NCBI GenBank assembly: GCA_902566305.1
Contig: CACFIK010000005.1
Span: 10,779-74,778 of the forward strand
Length of the DNA: 64,000 nt
From: an uncultured SAR86 cluster bacterium
GTDB taxonomy: Bacteria > Pseudomonadota > Gammaproteobacteria > Magnimaribacterales > AG-339-G14
Direction: 5' to 3'
Below the pieces are notes generated by a model that saw only the letters and a list, made by a program, of their open reading frames with translations, was not told where the DNA came from and searched no databases. Of this stretch, positions 38,128 through 47,659 are shown one piece after another. The number at the start of each line of letters is the position of its first letter. The first letter of the stretch is position 1. The position numbers were made by a program, and so were the translations under genes.

Positions 38128-39225
38128 ATGATTACAAAAGCCGACGATTTTCCAATCCATCAGATTTCAAAACCAGTTGCTGAAACAGGAACCGAAAGAA
38201 ATTTTTATGATAGATATTTTTTTAACGGATATTCAAAAGATGAGGACATTTATTTCGGTGCTGTTTTGTGTGTATATCCAAATCTTAATATTATGGATGG
38301 CTCATTTACTCTTGCATATGAAGGTAAACAATATAATTCGAGGGTATCTAGGTATCTGAACTTAGAACGTCTTGACACCAAGGTAGGTCCTCTAAGCGTT
38401 GAGGTAATAGAACCACTTAATAAACTTAAAGTCACACTCGCTGACGTAGAAAACGACCTAGACGTTTCCATAGAATTTACAAGTAGATTTGCTCCAATGA
38501 GAGAACCCCAAATGCAACTTTTCAATGGACCAAGAATGATTATGGATACATGCAGAATGACGCAGCAAGGATCATGGTCTGGAAAAATTGTTCATAATAA
38601 AAAAGAGATTAGTCTTGATAATGATTCTTTTATAGGAACAAGGGATAGATCTTGGGGCGTTAGGCCCGTTGGAGCTTACGATAGTCAACCAATGGTTCCT
38701 TTTTCAATGCCACAGTTTTATTGGTTATGGGCTCCAATTCACTTTGATGATTCAGCAGCACATATTTATTTTGTCGAGGACGAGAAGGGTAATGCCAGCT
38801 CAACGATTGCTATTGCACAAGGTCCTGAGTACGAAGATGAATTCATAATTCAAGACATTAAAAAATCTGTTTCTTATCATCCTGGTACCAGAAGAGTAAA
38901 AAAAATGGAGATATCTGGAACAGATGATCAAGCTAAACCCATAACAATTTCAATTGATTGTGGTATGCAGGTTTTTATGTGTGGCTTAGGTTATATGCAC
39001 CCTGAATGGGGTCACGGACATGATAAAGGAGAATTAGCCTCTTATTTTGATGATTATGATTTAAATGATGACCCTGGAGATCCACCTTTTCTGCATGTGC
39101 AATCTGTTTCAAATGTGACGATGAAGATAGGAGATAAAAGTAAGATAGGTCGGGGTGTTCTAGAGCAACTCATATTGGGTCCCCACGAACCGAGTGGCTT
39201 TAAAGATCTCTTTGATAAACCCTAA
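38128..39225 (+). CDS. Conserved hypothetical protein
   Basis: 365-aa ORF with clean coding appearance and tight coupling to neighbours. I do not recognise the family. Confidence 0.5.
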   Translation: MITKADDFPIHQISKPVAETGTERNFYDRYFFNGYSKDEDIYFGAVLCVYPNLNIMDGSFTLAYEGKQYNSRVSRYLNLERLDTKVGPLSVEVIEPLNKLKVTLADVENDLDVSIEFTSRFAPMREPQMQLFNGPRMIMDTCRMTQQGSWSGKIVHNKKEISLDNDSFIGTRDRSWGVRPVGAYDSQPMVPFSMPQFYWLWAPIHFDDSAAHIYFVEDEKGNASSTIAIAQGPEYEDEFIIQDIKKSVSYHPGTRRVKKMEISGTDDQAKPITISIDCGMQVFMCGLGYMHPEWGHGHDKGELASYFDDYDLNDDPGDPPFLHVQSVSNVTMKIGDKSKIGRGVLEQLILGPHEPSGFKDLFDKP

Positions 39226-40277
39226 TGCCAGTCTCAACTGAGAAGGATTTTCAATCTAAGATTGAAAAACTCGAAAATTGGCTTGCCTCTAAAGAAGGCC
39301 CCCTCAAATTAACTCCTCATGAGTCCTCTTTGGCTTCAGGTTTTTCCAATGAAACTTTTGTTTTTGATTTAGAGAAGGAGAATTCAGTGGAGACCCTGGT
39401 TTTAAGACTCGAACCAACGGAATATCAAGTTTTTCCAAATTACGACTTGCCCATGCAAGCATCAATAATGAAGGTTTTGAGAGGAAAGAATATGCTCACT
39501 CCTGAAGTTATTTATGAAAATTATGACGATAATATTTTAGGTTCTGGTTTTTATATTATGAAAAGCATCAATGGCTCTGCTCCTAGTGATAATCCTCCGT
39601 ATCATATGGATATGGAAGGAATGATGGGAAGGGCTACTCCAACTGAAAGATATAAGGTGTGGTTGGAATGGCTTGATCATTTATCGCATTTCCATAATTT
39701 AGAATTTTCGAGTGATGAATTGAGGGATTGCAAAATTAACACAGAGGAAGATCCTTTGGGAATGCATTTAGACTATTATCAAAGTTTTTTGAATTGGGGC
39801 ATGGAAGGCGAACCTCATGAAATTTGTTCAAATGCTCTAGATTGGCTTGTTAAAAATAAACCGCCTCTTCAAAAACAAACTTTGTGTTGGGGCGATGCTA
39901 GACCTGGAAATGTTCTTTATGAAAATTTTTCAGCAAAAGCCTTACTTGACTGGGAAATGGCTAATTTTGGTGATCCTTTAATGGATTTAGCATGGGGATT
40001 TGCAATAGATGATGCAAATAGTCTGGCGTTGAATGTTCCAAAATTAGAAGGAACTATGGATGAAGATGAGGGCAGGACAATCTGGGAAAACAAAACAGGG
40101 TTATCATCCGAATTTTTTGCTTACTATCGGATATTAGCTTTATTTAAGTTTTCAGTAATTATGGTAAGAGTTGCAAAACGACTAATATTTAATGAGATAA
40201 TGCCATTAGATTCTGATTTTCATGTAAACAATCACGTTGCGGCTTTTTTAGATAAGGAATTAAATGAAAACAATTAA
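39225..40277 (+). CDS. Phosphotransferase (APH/choline-kinase-like) family protein
   Basis: 350 aa. Catalytic loop WGDARPGNVLY and downstream LDWEMANFGDP. Start overlaps the previous stop (TAATG). Confidence 0.75.
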   Translation: MPVSTEKDFQSKIEKLENWLASKEGPLKLTPHESSLASGFSNETFVFDLEKENSVETLVLRLEPTEYQVFPNYDLPMQASIMKVLRGKNMLTPEVIYENYDDNILGSGFYIMKSINGSAPSDNPPYHMDMEGMMGRATPTERYKVWLEWLDHLSHFHNLEFSSDELRDCKINTEEDPLGMHLDYYQSFLNWGMEGEPHEICSNALDWLVKNKPPLQKQTLCWGDARPGNVLYENFSAKALLDWEMANFGDPLMDLAWGFAIDDANSLALNVPKLEGTMDEDEGRTIWENKTGLSSEFFAYYRILALFKFSVIMVRVAKRLIFNEIMPLDSDFHVNNHVAAFLDKELNENN

Positions 40278-40650
40278 AGAAAAAAAGATTTTTCCAGTCA
40301 ATGCACAAGCGATATGGGATATTATTTCTGATCCAACAAATTCAAGTTGGGTGCCTACCGTTGAAGAGATTTCTTTAGACGGAGACGTCAGATCCTTCTC
40401 TATGGAGGGCATGGGAGAGCTAAAAGAAAAAATTTTAAAAATTGATCATGATAATAAAATTTTTCAGTACTCTGCTATTCAAACTCCTGCTCCAATCGAG
40501 CATCATTTAGCAACCATACAGATAAGTCCTTTAGATAGTGATAATTGTGAATTCTCTTGGACAACAGAAATTGAACCTGAGATCTTCGCCGAAGGAATTC
40601 ATCAAGGGATGCTTATTTCTCTCAAAGAGCTAAAAAAAATATTTCCTTGA
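40264..40650 (+). CDS. SRPBCC (START/polyketide-cyclase-like) small protein
   Basis: 128 aa. Size and pattern typical of SRPBCC proteins. 14-nt overlap with the kinase-like gene. Confidence 0.55.
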   Translation: MKTIKEKKIFPVNAQAIWDIISDPTNSSWVPTVEEISLDGDVRSFSMEGMGELKEKILKIDHDNKIFQYSAIQTPAPIEHHLATIQISPLDSDNCEFSWTTEIEPEIFAEGIHQGMLISLKELKKIFP

Positions 40651-41114
40651 TGGCAGGCTTTTCGGATGCATTTTTTATGCAAAAAGCCCTTGAACAAGCT
40701 AATTTAGCTTATGAAAAAGATGAAGTGCCAGTTGGGGCTATATTAGTTAAAAATAATGAAGTTTTATCTGCAGCGCATAATTTATCAATCACAAAAAACG
40801 ATCCTTCCGCTCATGCAGAAATTTTATGTTTGAAAGAGGCAGGAAAGGTTCTTAATAATTACCGCCTTTTAGGAACAACATTGTATGTGACTCTTGAGCC
40901 TTGTATGATGTGTGCCGGCGCAATTATCCAAGCAAGAATTAGCAGGTTGGTGTACGCAACCTCAGATGAAAAAACAGGATTCATAAATTCAAGAAATAAT
41001 TTAGATGAAAATGGATGGTTGAACCATAAGTTAGATATCAGTTCCGGGATACTTGATAGAGAGTGCTCAAAGCTTATTAAAAGCTTTTTTAAAGATAAGA
41101 GATCTAAATATTAA
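40650..41114 (+). CDS. tadA: tRNA-specific adenosine deaminase
   Basis: CDA zinc motifs HAEILCL and PCMMCAGA. ATG at 40650 overlaps the upstream TGA (TGATG). The ORF track begins at TTG 40647. Confidence 0.9.
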   Translation: MAGFSDAFFMQKALEQANLAYEKDEVPVGAILVKNNEVLSAAHNLSITKNDPSAHAEILCLKEAGKVLNNYRLLGTTLYVTLEPCMMCAGAIIQARISRLVYATSDEKTGFINSRNNLDENGWLNHKLDISSGILDRECSKLIKSFFKDKRSKY

Positions 41115-41916
41115 ACATTGTCCAAACTGGCGCGTGATCAGAAGGTTTTTCCATTCCTCTAATTTCATAATCGATTTCAGAAGAACTAATTAAATCTTTT
41201 AAGCTTTTAGTTACCCATAAGTGATCTATTCTTAGCCCTCTTTTTGGGTTGTCATCGAAACCCCTGCTTCTGTAATCAAACCAACTAAAAGTATTGTCTT
41301 CCTCAGGATAGAGGCATCTGTAGGAGTCAAATAAGCCAAAATCTTTCAAATTTTTTAGCCATTCTCTCTCTTCAGGAAGAAAACTGCACTTTCCAGTCTG
41401 CAGCCATCTTTTTCTATTATTTTCTCCAATTCCAATATCAATATCTTCAGGTGAAATATTAAGATCTCCCATTACAATTAAATGACTTTCAGGATCAAAA
41501 TCTTTTTTAAGATAATTTATGAGATCTTTATAAAACTTTTCTTTGTAGGGGAATTTAATCGGATGATCTCTGCTTTCTCCTTGAGGAAAATATCCATTAA
41601 ATACAAACAGGGGGCCTTTTTTTGTCTCATATTCTAGCCAGACAAGTCTACATTGAGCATCCTCAGGATCTGTTGGCATACCAATGCCATGATTTACAGG
41701 TTTATTTTTGGACATCAAGCAAACTCCGTAATGACCTTTTTGACCATTAATGATCACTTCATAGCCTAAATTTTTAATAGTCTCGAGAGGAAAATTATCA
41801 TTATCAACTTTTGTTTCTTGGAGACCAATAATATCTGGTGAGTGCTTGTCTATTAATTTTTCCAGTTGATGAATTCTGGCTCTGATTCCATTGACGTTAA
41901 AGGATACTATTTTCAA
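41104..41916 (-). CDS. xthA: Exodeoxyribonuclease III
   Basis: 270 aa. MKIVSFNVNGIRAR, LQETK, GDLNI and SDHAPV blocks. Confidence 0.9.
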   Translation of the reverse strand: MKIVSFNVNGIRARIHQLEKLIDKHSPDIIGLQETKVDNDNFPLETIKNLGYEVIINGQKGHYGVCLMSKNKPVNHGIGMPTDPEDAQCRLVWLEYETKKGPLFVFNGYFPQGESRDHPIKFPYKEKFYKDLINYLKKDFDPESHLIVMGDLNISPEDIDIGIGENNRKRWLQTGKCSFLPEEREWLKNLKDFGLFDSYRCLYPEEDNTFSWFDYRSRGFDDNPKRGLRIDHLWVTKSLKDLISSSEIDYEIRGMEKPSDHAPVWTMFNI

Positions 41917-41917
41917 T

Positions 41918-43966
41918 TTAGTTAGAATTTACTGATAATAAGTTAGTGCTTTGATCAGCATTAAACTCTATTTGATCTATTAAAATCTTTGCTGCTTCCT
42001 TAAGAACCAGATCATTAAACTTCTTATTTCTCTCTTCATCATCTGCATCTAGATATTCATCAAAGTTTTTAAATGGCTGTAAGTCCAAATTTATTCTTAA
42101 CTCATTTTCTAGAGATAATAAATTTCTTTCGTATTCATTTTGCTCATCAATTCTCTTGGCAAGATCAAGATCAATATATTCTCTTGAATCTCTATCCTCA
42201 GAAAGACCGTTTTTCTTATCAACATAAGAAGTCAAAAAATTAGCGTTATTCCTATTTTTTGAGTTTGTATCTGTTCTTTTTATGTTTTTAACTTGCCTAA
42301 AGTCTGTCACTCTAAGGGGTTTTATAAAATCTTCTTCAAGAGAATTATCGTAAGAACTTTCTCCAACTTCTTGGCTATTAAAAACAAAAGGCAATTCAAT
42401 ATCAGGAGTGATGCCTTTATTTTGAGTACTTTCCCCAGTAACTCGATAAAATTTTTGTTCAGTATACTTAAGTTGTCCATAAGGCAGTTCTCTCAATCTT
42501 TGCACAGTACCTTTACCAAATGTTTGACTTCCAACAACCAAGCCTCTTCCGTAATCTTGAATTGCGCCCGCTAATATCTCTGAAGCTGAAGCAGACATTT
42601 TATCAACCAATATTAACACCGGCCCTGAGTAGTTTTGGATACCAATAGAGTGGCCCAGAGGGTATATGGAGCCATTTGAAGTCATCACCTGAAGTACATT
42701 GCCTCTTCCTAGGAATATTTTTGCAAGGCTGTAGGCCTCATATAAAGATCCTCCTCCATTACCTCTTAGGTCTAGAATTACACCATCAGAATTTTCATTA
42801 TCTATTTCCTTAATAAGTTTTTTAACATCTCTTGTTGCACTACGATAATTAAACCTATTTTTCTGATATCCCTCAAAGTCCATATAAAATGCGGGCAAGT
42901 CGATAACCCCAAACTTATAGGATTTTTCAATATCACTGACTTCGATAATTTGTTTTTTAGCGGCTTGATCTTCTAATTTCACAAGATCTCTTTTTATTTC
43001 AATAACTTTCCCATCCGCTTCAGCAGGAGAAGATGACGGAAGAATTTCTAATTTTACTATTGTTCCTTTAGGCCCTCTTATAAGTTTTACTACTTCATCT
43101 ACTCTCCAATCTCGTACATCAACTATTTGACTATCTTCTCTTGTGCCAACTCCCACAATTTGATCATTATTCTTTATTAATCCTGACTTGATTGCAGGAC
43201 CTCCTTTTATAAGTTTTGTGATTTTGGTAATTCCATCATCTGAGGTAAGCATCGCACCAATTCCTTCTAGAGATAAACTCATGTTGATCTCAAAATCCTC
43301 TGTCACTCTAGGAGACATATAATTTGAATGAGGATCATATAAGGAGGTTTTTGAATTCATTATCCAAGAAAATAAATCATCTTCATTAAGCTGCTCTAGA
43401 TTTTTTAATCTTCTATTTAATCTTTTTTTTAGTTTATTGACTGATTTTTCAAATTCTTCTTCCTTAATCATTATTGAGATTAATTCACTCTTGGCCAAAG
43501 ATTCATAATAATTTTTTATCATCGATAAAGAATTAAATCTTTCTTGATCCTCTCTATTTCTGTGAATTCTTTCTGAGCTAAATAAATCAATTTCATTAAG
43601 TTTATTGATATGTTGACTTTGATGGGCAAGAAGAGTTTTGTATCGTTTTCTGTAATCATTGAGAATATCAAAACCAATCTCTAATAATTCTTCGTCACCT
43701 AGATCAAAGTTGTTTTTAGACAAGGAAATGTAGTTATCTACCTCCTCATTAGTAAAAATTAAATTTTGTTGATCTATATTTGAAATTAATTCCTCTATGA
43801 CGTCAGAGTTTTCGAAAGTGGTATTTTTAAAAAAATGATGTTCGCCAAGGATCTTGTCAACTTCATTTAAAGTATCTATGTAAAGAGCAGATTTTTCCAG
43901 CGCAGATACTGGTAGTATCGCAGTGAGAAAGAAAGCAGTAGAAACTAATAATCGCTCAAGAACCAT
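41918..43966 (-). CDS. prc: Tail-specific (C-terminal processing) protease, S41 family
   Basis: 682 aa. Signal peptide, PDZ region, S41 catalytic block DKMSASASEILAGAIQD. Confidence 0.85.
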   Translation of the reverse strand: MVLERLLVSTAFFLTAILPVSALEKSALYIDTLNEVDKILGEHHFFKNTTFENSDVIEELISNIDQQNLIFTNEEVDNYISLSKNNFDLGDEELLEIGFDILNDYRKRYKTLLAHQSQHINKLNEIDLFSSERIHRNREDQERFNSLSMIKNYYESLAKSELISIMIKEEEFEKSVNKLKKRLNRRLKNLEQLNEDDLFSWIMNSKTSLYDPHSNYMSPRVTEDFEINMSLSLEGIGAMLTSDDGITKITKLIKGGPAIKSGLIKNNDQIVGVGTREDSQIVDVRDWRVDEVVKLIRGPKGTIVKLEILPSSSPAEADGKVIEIKRDLVKLEDQAAKKQIIEVSDIEKSYKFGVIDLPAFYMDFEGYQKNRFNYRSATRDVKKLIKEIDNENSDGVILDLRGNGGGSLYEAYSLAKIFLGRGNVLQVMTSNGSIYPLGHSIGIQNYSGPVLILVDKMSASASEILAGAIQDYGRGLVVGSQTFGKGTVQRLRELPYGQLKYTEQKFYRVTGESTQNKGITPDIELPFVFNSQEVGESSYDNSLEEDFIKPLRVTDFRQVKNIKRTDTNSKNRNNANFLTSYVDKKNGLSEDRDSREYIDLDLAKRIDEQNEYERNLLSLENELRINLDLQPFKNFDEYLDADDEERNKKFNDLVLKEAAKILIDQIEFNADQSTNLLSVNSN

Positions 43967-43968
43967 AT

Positions 43969-44841
43969 TTAAAACTTATTTTCATTTATTAGTTTATCTT
44001 TTTTGTGCCATATTTCATTGAGCCAATCTTTAAATTCTTTTCTTAGTCCATCATTTTCATGAAGTTGATCATTTTTGAATTTATCAGGAATATCCAATGA
44101 CTGCACAAATATTCGAGCATTGTTCATATTTCCCCTCAAGAAATCCCAGAAACTCCTCTTTTTTGATTCGTAAATAATTGTGAAGTCAATAATCTTATCG
44201 AGTCTTGGCATTGTTGATATTGCTGCCGCTAATCCTCCTTCTTTAGGTTTAAGCAGATGATTGAAGGGACTATTCTGATTTTTATGCTTTTGTTCTGTGA
44301 ATCTTGTACCTTCGGTAAAACTAAAAACAGAGATCGGATAAAGACTATACTTTTTAAAAGATCTCTTCATAGACGCAAAGTCTTTGCCTCTAAGAGAAGG
44401 ATTTCTTTCTAGTTGATCTTTTGTATATCTTTTTAGAAATGGCATATCCAATGCCCACCAACATATTCCGATAACAGGAACGTAAATAAGGACAAATTTC
44501 ATAAAAAATTTAAGCATAGGAACTTTTCTATTTGTAATCATTTGGACAATAAATATATCAGCCCAAGATTGATGATTAGATAACGAAAGATACCAGGATC
44601 TTTTATCTACTTCCTCGAAGCCTTCAACGGTCCATCTAGGTTTTAGAATAAACTGAATCCAAAGGTTATTTATATCTATCCATAATTCACCAACTTTGAT
44701 TATGAAGCGCGTTAGATGAAGTTTTAAAGATTGAATTGGGAGAACAACCTTAATGATGCCTGCAACGATTAAGAAAATCGAGAGAGTAGCTGTATTGATG
44801 CATAAAAGAAGAAAACAAAATGCGGCTTTAATATGTGAAAT
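43969..44841 (-). CDS. PlsC/YihG-like lysophospholipid acyltransferase; start probably a non-canonical ATT at 44839-44841
   Basis: The ORF track starts at ATG 44541, but the same frame is open upstream. There it encodes a TM segment and the catalytic HX4D block (SNHQSWADI, about 44557-44580). FTEGTR block lies downstream. There is no ATG/GTG/TTG upstream. GGAGG lies 5 nt before the ATT. Confidence 0.6.
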   Translation of the reverse strand: MSHIKAAFCFLLLCINTATLSIFLIVAGIIKVVLPIQSLKLHLTRFIIKVGELWIDINNLWIQFILKPRWTVEGFEEVDKRSWYLSLSNHQSWADIFIVQMITNRKVPMLKFFMKFVLIYVPVIGICWWALDMPFLKRYTKDQLERNPSLRGKDFASMKRSFKKYSLYPISVFSFTEGTRFTEQKHKNQNSPFNHLLKPKEGGLAAAISTMPRLDKIIDFTIIYESKKRSFWDFLRGNMNNARIFVQSLDIPDKFKNDQLHENDGLRKEFKDWLNEIWHKKDKLINENKF

Positions 44842-44842
44842 C

Positions 44843-45232
44843 TTATCCTCCTTTTTCTGCCCTCTTAATTTTTTCCCACATAGCTGATTGTTCCTCTTTG
44901 GTATGTTTTTTACTTTTGTCGAATACGTAAGGATGCCTTCTGATTAACTTTTGTTTTAAATTCTCAACCACATCAAAAAAGTCAAATTCCTTATTTTCAT
45001 GCGCTATCTGAGAGTGAAAAATCACCTGAAGAAGGACATCGCCAAGTTCATCCTTAATATTATCTGAGTTTTTAGACTCAATGGCTTCTATTAATTCTTG
45101 TGATTCTTCCTCAAGGTATGGAATAAGAGAGTCATGATCTTGTTCAAGATCCCAAGCGCATCCCTCAACAGGATCCCTAAGTTGTTTCATGACTTCCAAG
45201 AGATGACTTACATCTTCTATGTTTGCCATCAA
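44843..45232 (-). CDS. mazG: MazG-type nucleoside triphosphate pyrophosphohydrolase (short form)
   Basis: 129 aa. EExxE...ELGDVLLQVIFH motif. Confidence 0.8.
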   Translation of the reverse strand: MMANIEDVSHLLEVMKQLRDPVEGCAWDLEQDHDSLIPYLEEESQELIEAIESKNSDNIKDELGDVLLQVIFHSQIAHENKEFDFFDVVENLKQKLIRRHPYVFDKSKKHTKEEQSAMWEKIKRAEKGG

Positions 45233-46350
45233 TAACCTGTTAATTCTGCGTATCTATCTTTATGAAATTGAACGTTGCCAAATATCTGTTCTGCTACTCT
45301 AGCCCTCTTGAGATAAAAACCGATATCGTATTCATCCGTTACACCTATACCACCATGCATTTGCACGGCTTCATTAGATACTAAATGAAATACTTCACCT
45401 ATCTTTGCCTTAGCTAAGCTAGCTAATCTAGGTATGTCGTTTGAACCTTCATCAAAAGATGTTAAAGATTCCAATACACAAGATTTACATAGCTCAATTT
45501 CACTGAACATTATCGCAGCTCTATGCTGTAAGGCTTGAAAGGATCCAATCTTTGCTCCAAATTGATCTCTTTCTTTTAAGTAATTCAAGGTTACGTCAAA
45601 AGCTTCTTGGATTCCTCCAAACATCTCAGCAGAAATCACCGATCTTGAGATATCTAATACTTCTTCGATAATTTGATCAGAGCCATTTTCTTCGCCAATC
45701 AGGTCAGATGAAGTGAGCTTTAAGTCTTTGAATGTAATATTGGCAGCATTTCTTGAGTCCACCATGGGCGTTACTTTAATATCAATGCCCTTAGCATCTT
45801 TGTTAGCAATGAAAAGAGAGGTTCCTTTACCAGTGTTAGCAGCAATTATTAAAAAGTCAGCGAAACCGCCATCAAGAACAAAAGTTTTTTGCCCATTTAT
45901 GATGTATGAATCTCCATCTTTTTTTGCAGTTGTTTCAAGATTAGTAGGAGAGTGTCTGTTTGATTCTTCAAGAGCAAAAGCAAGCGTTATATCTCCAGAT
46001 GCAATTTTAGTTAGATACTCTTTTTTTTGATCTTCATTCCCAGCTTCCTTGATTAAGCTTGCACAAACAACAGCAGTAGAAAACATTGGTGAGGGAGTTA
46101 AAGTTCTACCGAGCTCTTCAAAAATAACCCCTATTCCAGCAACTCCAAAATCTGAACCGCCATATTCTTCCGGAATTAGTATTCCCGACCAACCTAGGTT
46201 AGCCATTTCCTTCCAAATTTCACGATCAAAGCACTCAATATTTTCTGAGTCTCTGACATCTCTGAAGTGACTTACCGGAGTTTTGTTTTTTGCAAAATCT
46301 CTAGCGGTATCTTTCAAATAAGATTGTTCCTCATTTAGTACAAGTGACAT
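45229..46350 (-). CDS. Acyl-CoA dehydrogenase family protein
   Basis: 373 aa with typical ACAD three-domain pattern. Overlaps the mazG start by 4 nt. Confidence 0.8.
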   Translation of the reverse strand: MSLVLNEEQSYLKDTARDFAKNKTPVSHFRDVRDSENIECFDREIWKEMANLGWSGILIPEEYGGSDFGVAGIGVIFEELGRTLTPSPMFSTAVVCASLIKEAGNEDQKKEYLTKIASGDITLAFALEESNRHSPTNLETTAKKDGDSYIINGQKTFVLDGGFADFLIIAANTGKGTSLFIANKDAKGIDIKVTPMVDSRNAANITFKDLKLTSSDLIGEENGSDQIIEEVLDISRSVISAEMFGGIQEAFDVTLNYLKERDQFGAKIGSFQALQHRAAIMFSEIELCKSCVLESLTSFDEGSNDIPRLASLAKAKIGEVFHLVSNEAVQMHGGIGVTDEYDIGFYLKRARVAEQIFGNVQFHKDRYAELTGY

Positions 46351-46369
46351 TTTTTCCCCTAATATTGAA

Positions 46370-47590
46370 TTATTGTGGAAGTTCCAGAACTCTCTTAGAA
46401 ATAACGTTTAATTGTACTTCTGAGGTTCCACCTTCTATAGAGTTAGCCTTAGTTCTTAGCCATTCTCTAGTTATGGCTAGCTCTTCAGGACCAAACTCTG
46501 CACCATCCCATCCAAGAGCTTTTGTTCCCATTGCTTCAAGCATAATTTCATATCTAAGTTTGTTATGCTCCGTGCCATAATATTTAAAGATCGATGAAGC
46601 AGCACTGGGACCCTGGTTAGATTTTTTTGATTCTTCAGCCGCTCTTCTCAAAGTTAAAGCAAAAGCTTGTGAATTCATGTCGTGATCAATGATTTTATTT
46701 CTTAGACCAGAATCATTGAGTTTATCTTCTTTTTCACCAACGTATCTTTTAGCCATAGTTGCTAGACCGGAAGTTGGTTTGGCATCTGATTTCTTCGAAG
46801 ACCCAGAAGCTGCTGAACCAAAACCCATGCCTGCTATCATGTTTCTTTCAAACTGAAGTAATCTTTTAGCTACAGACCATCCTTTGTTTAAACCTCCAAC
46901 AAGATTTTCTTTTGGAGCAGTAGCATTATCAAAGAAAGTTTCACAAAAAGGTGATTTTCCTGATATCAATTTGATTGGTTTAGTAGTTACCCCTTTCTGA
47001 TCCATATCTATGAGAAGAAAACTTATACCTTCGTGCTTAGGTTCTAATGGACCTGTTCTGACAAGGGTAAAAATCATATCGCATTCATCTGCATATGAAG
47101 TCCACACTTTTTGACCGTTAATTAAGTATTCCTCGCCTTGATCTTCAGCTTTTGTTTTAAGACTTGCCAGGTCAGAACCACTGCCTGGTTCGCTATAACC
47201 TTGGCACCATCTTATTTCCCCTTTGACTATTTTTGGAATATGTTTCATTTTTTGTTCTTCTGTTCCATACTCTAGAAGAGCTGGACCTAACATCCAGATA
47301 CCAAAACTATTAAGGGCAGGCCTTGCTTTAATTCTCATTAATTCCTCTTGAAGAACTTTATTTTCTTCAAAATTTAGTCCACCACCGCCATATTCTTTTG
47401 GCCAAGTAGGGCAAGTCCATCCTTTTTCACCCATTCTATCCATCCAAATTTTTTGATCTGGATCTTTGAATTCAACTTTTCGTCCACCCCAAACAACATC
47501 ACCTTGAGACATAGGCGTTCTCATTGATTCTGGACAATTTGCTTCTAACCAATCCCTTGTTTCATTTCTAAAAGCATTTAAATCTGACAT
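46370..47590 (-). CDS. Acyl-CoA dehydrogenase family protein
   Basis: ACAD blocks (RWCQGYSEPGSGSDLASL). I prefer ATG 47588-47590 (MSDLNAF...), preceded by AGAGG, over the TTG at 47614 in the ORF track. Confidence 0.8.
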   Translation of the reverse strand: MSDLNAFRNETRDWLEANCPESMRTPMSQGDVVWGGRKVEFKDPDQKIWMDRMGEKGWTCPTWPKEYGGGGLNFEENKVLQEELMRIKARPALNSFGIWMLGPALLEYGTEEQKMKHIPKIVKGEIRWCQGYSEPGSGSDLASLKTKAEDQGEEYLINGQKVWTSYADECDMIFTLVRTGPLEPKHEGISFLLIDMDQKGVTTKPIKLISGKSPFCETFFDNATAPKENLVGGLNKGWSVAKRLLQFERNMIAGMGFGSAASGSSKKSDAKPTSGLATMAKRYVGEKEDKLNDSGLRNKIIDHDMNSQAFALTLRRAAEESKKSNQGPSAASSIFKYYGTEHNKLRYEIMLEAMGTKALGWDGAEFGPEELAITREWLRTKANSIEGGTSEVQLNVISKRVLELPQ

Positions 47591-47659
47591 AAGTACCTCT
47601 TTTTTTATGTACAAATACTAAGAATAATCTATGCTACGCAAGCTAACAATAATAAGTTT

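Noticed and set aside
47628-47659. Possible preQ1-I riboswitch upstream of the queuosine-precursor transporter. The A-rich tail TAACAATAATAAG resembles the UAACAAAACAAGG tail of known preQ1-I aptamers.
   Set aside because: I can find only a 3-bp stem (GCT/AGC) with a 5-nt loop. That is too small for the P1/loop of the known aptamer. A covariance-model search (Rfam preQ1-I) would be needed to revive the idea.
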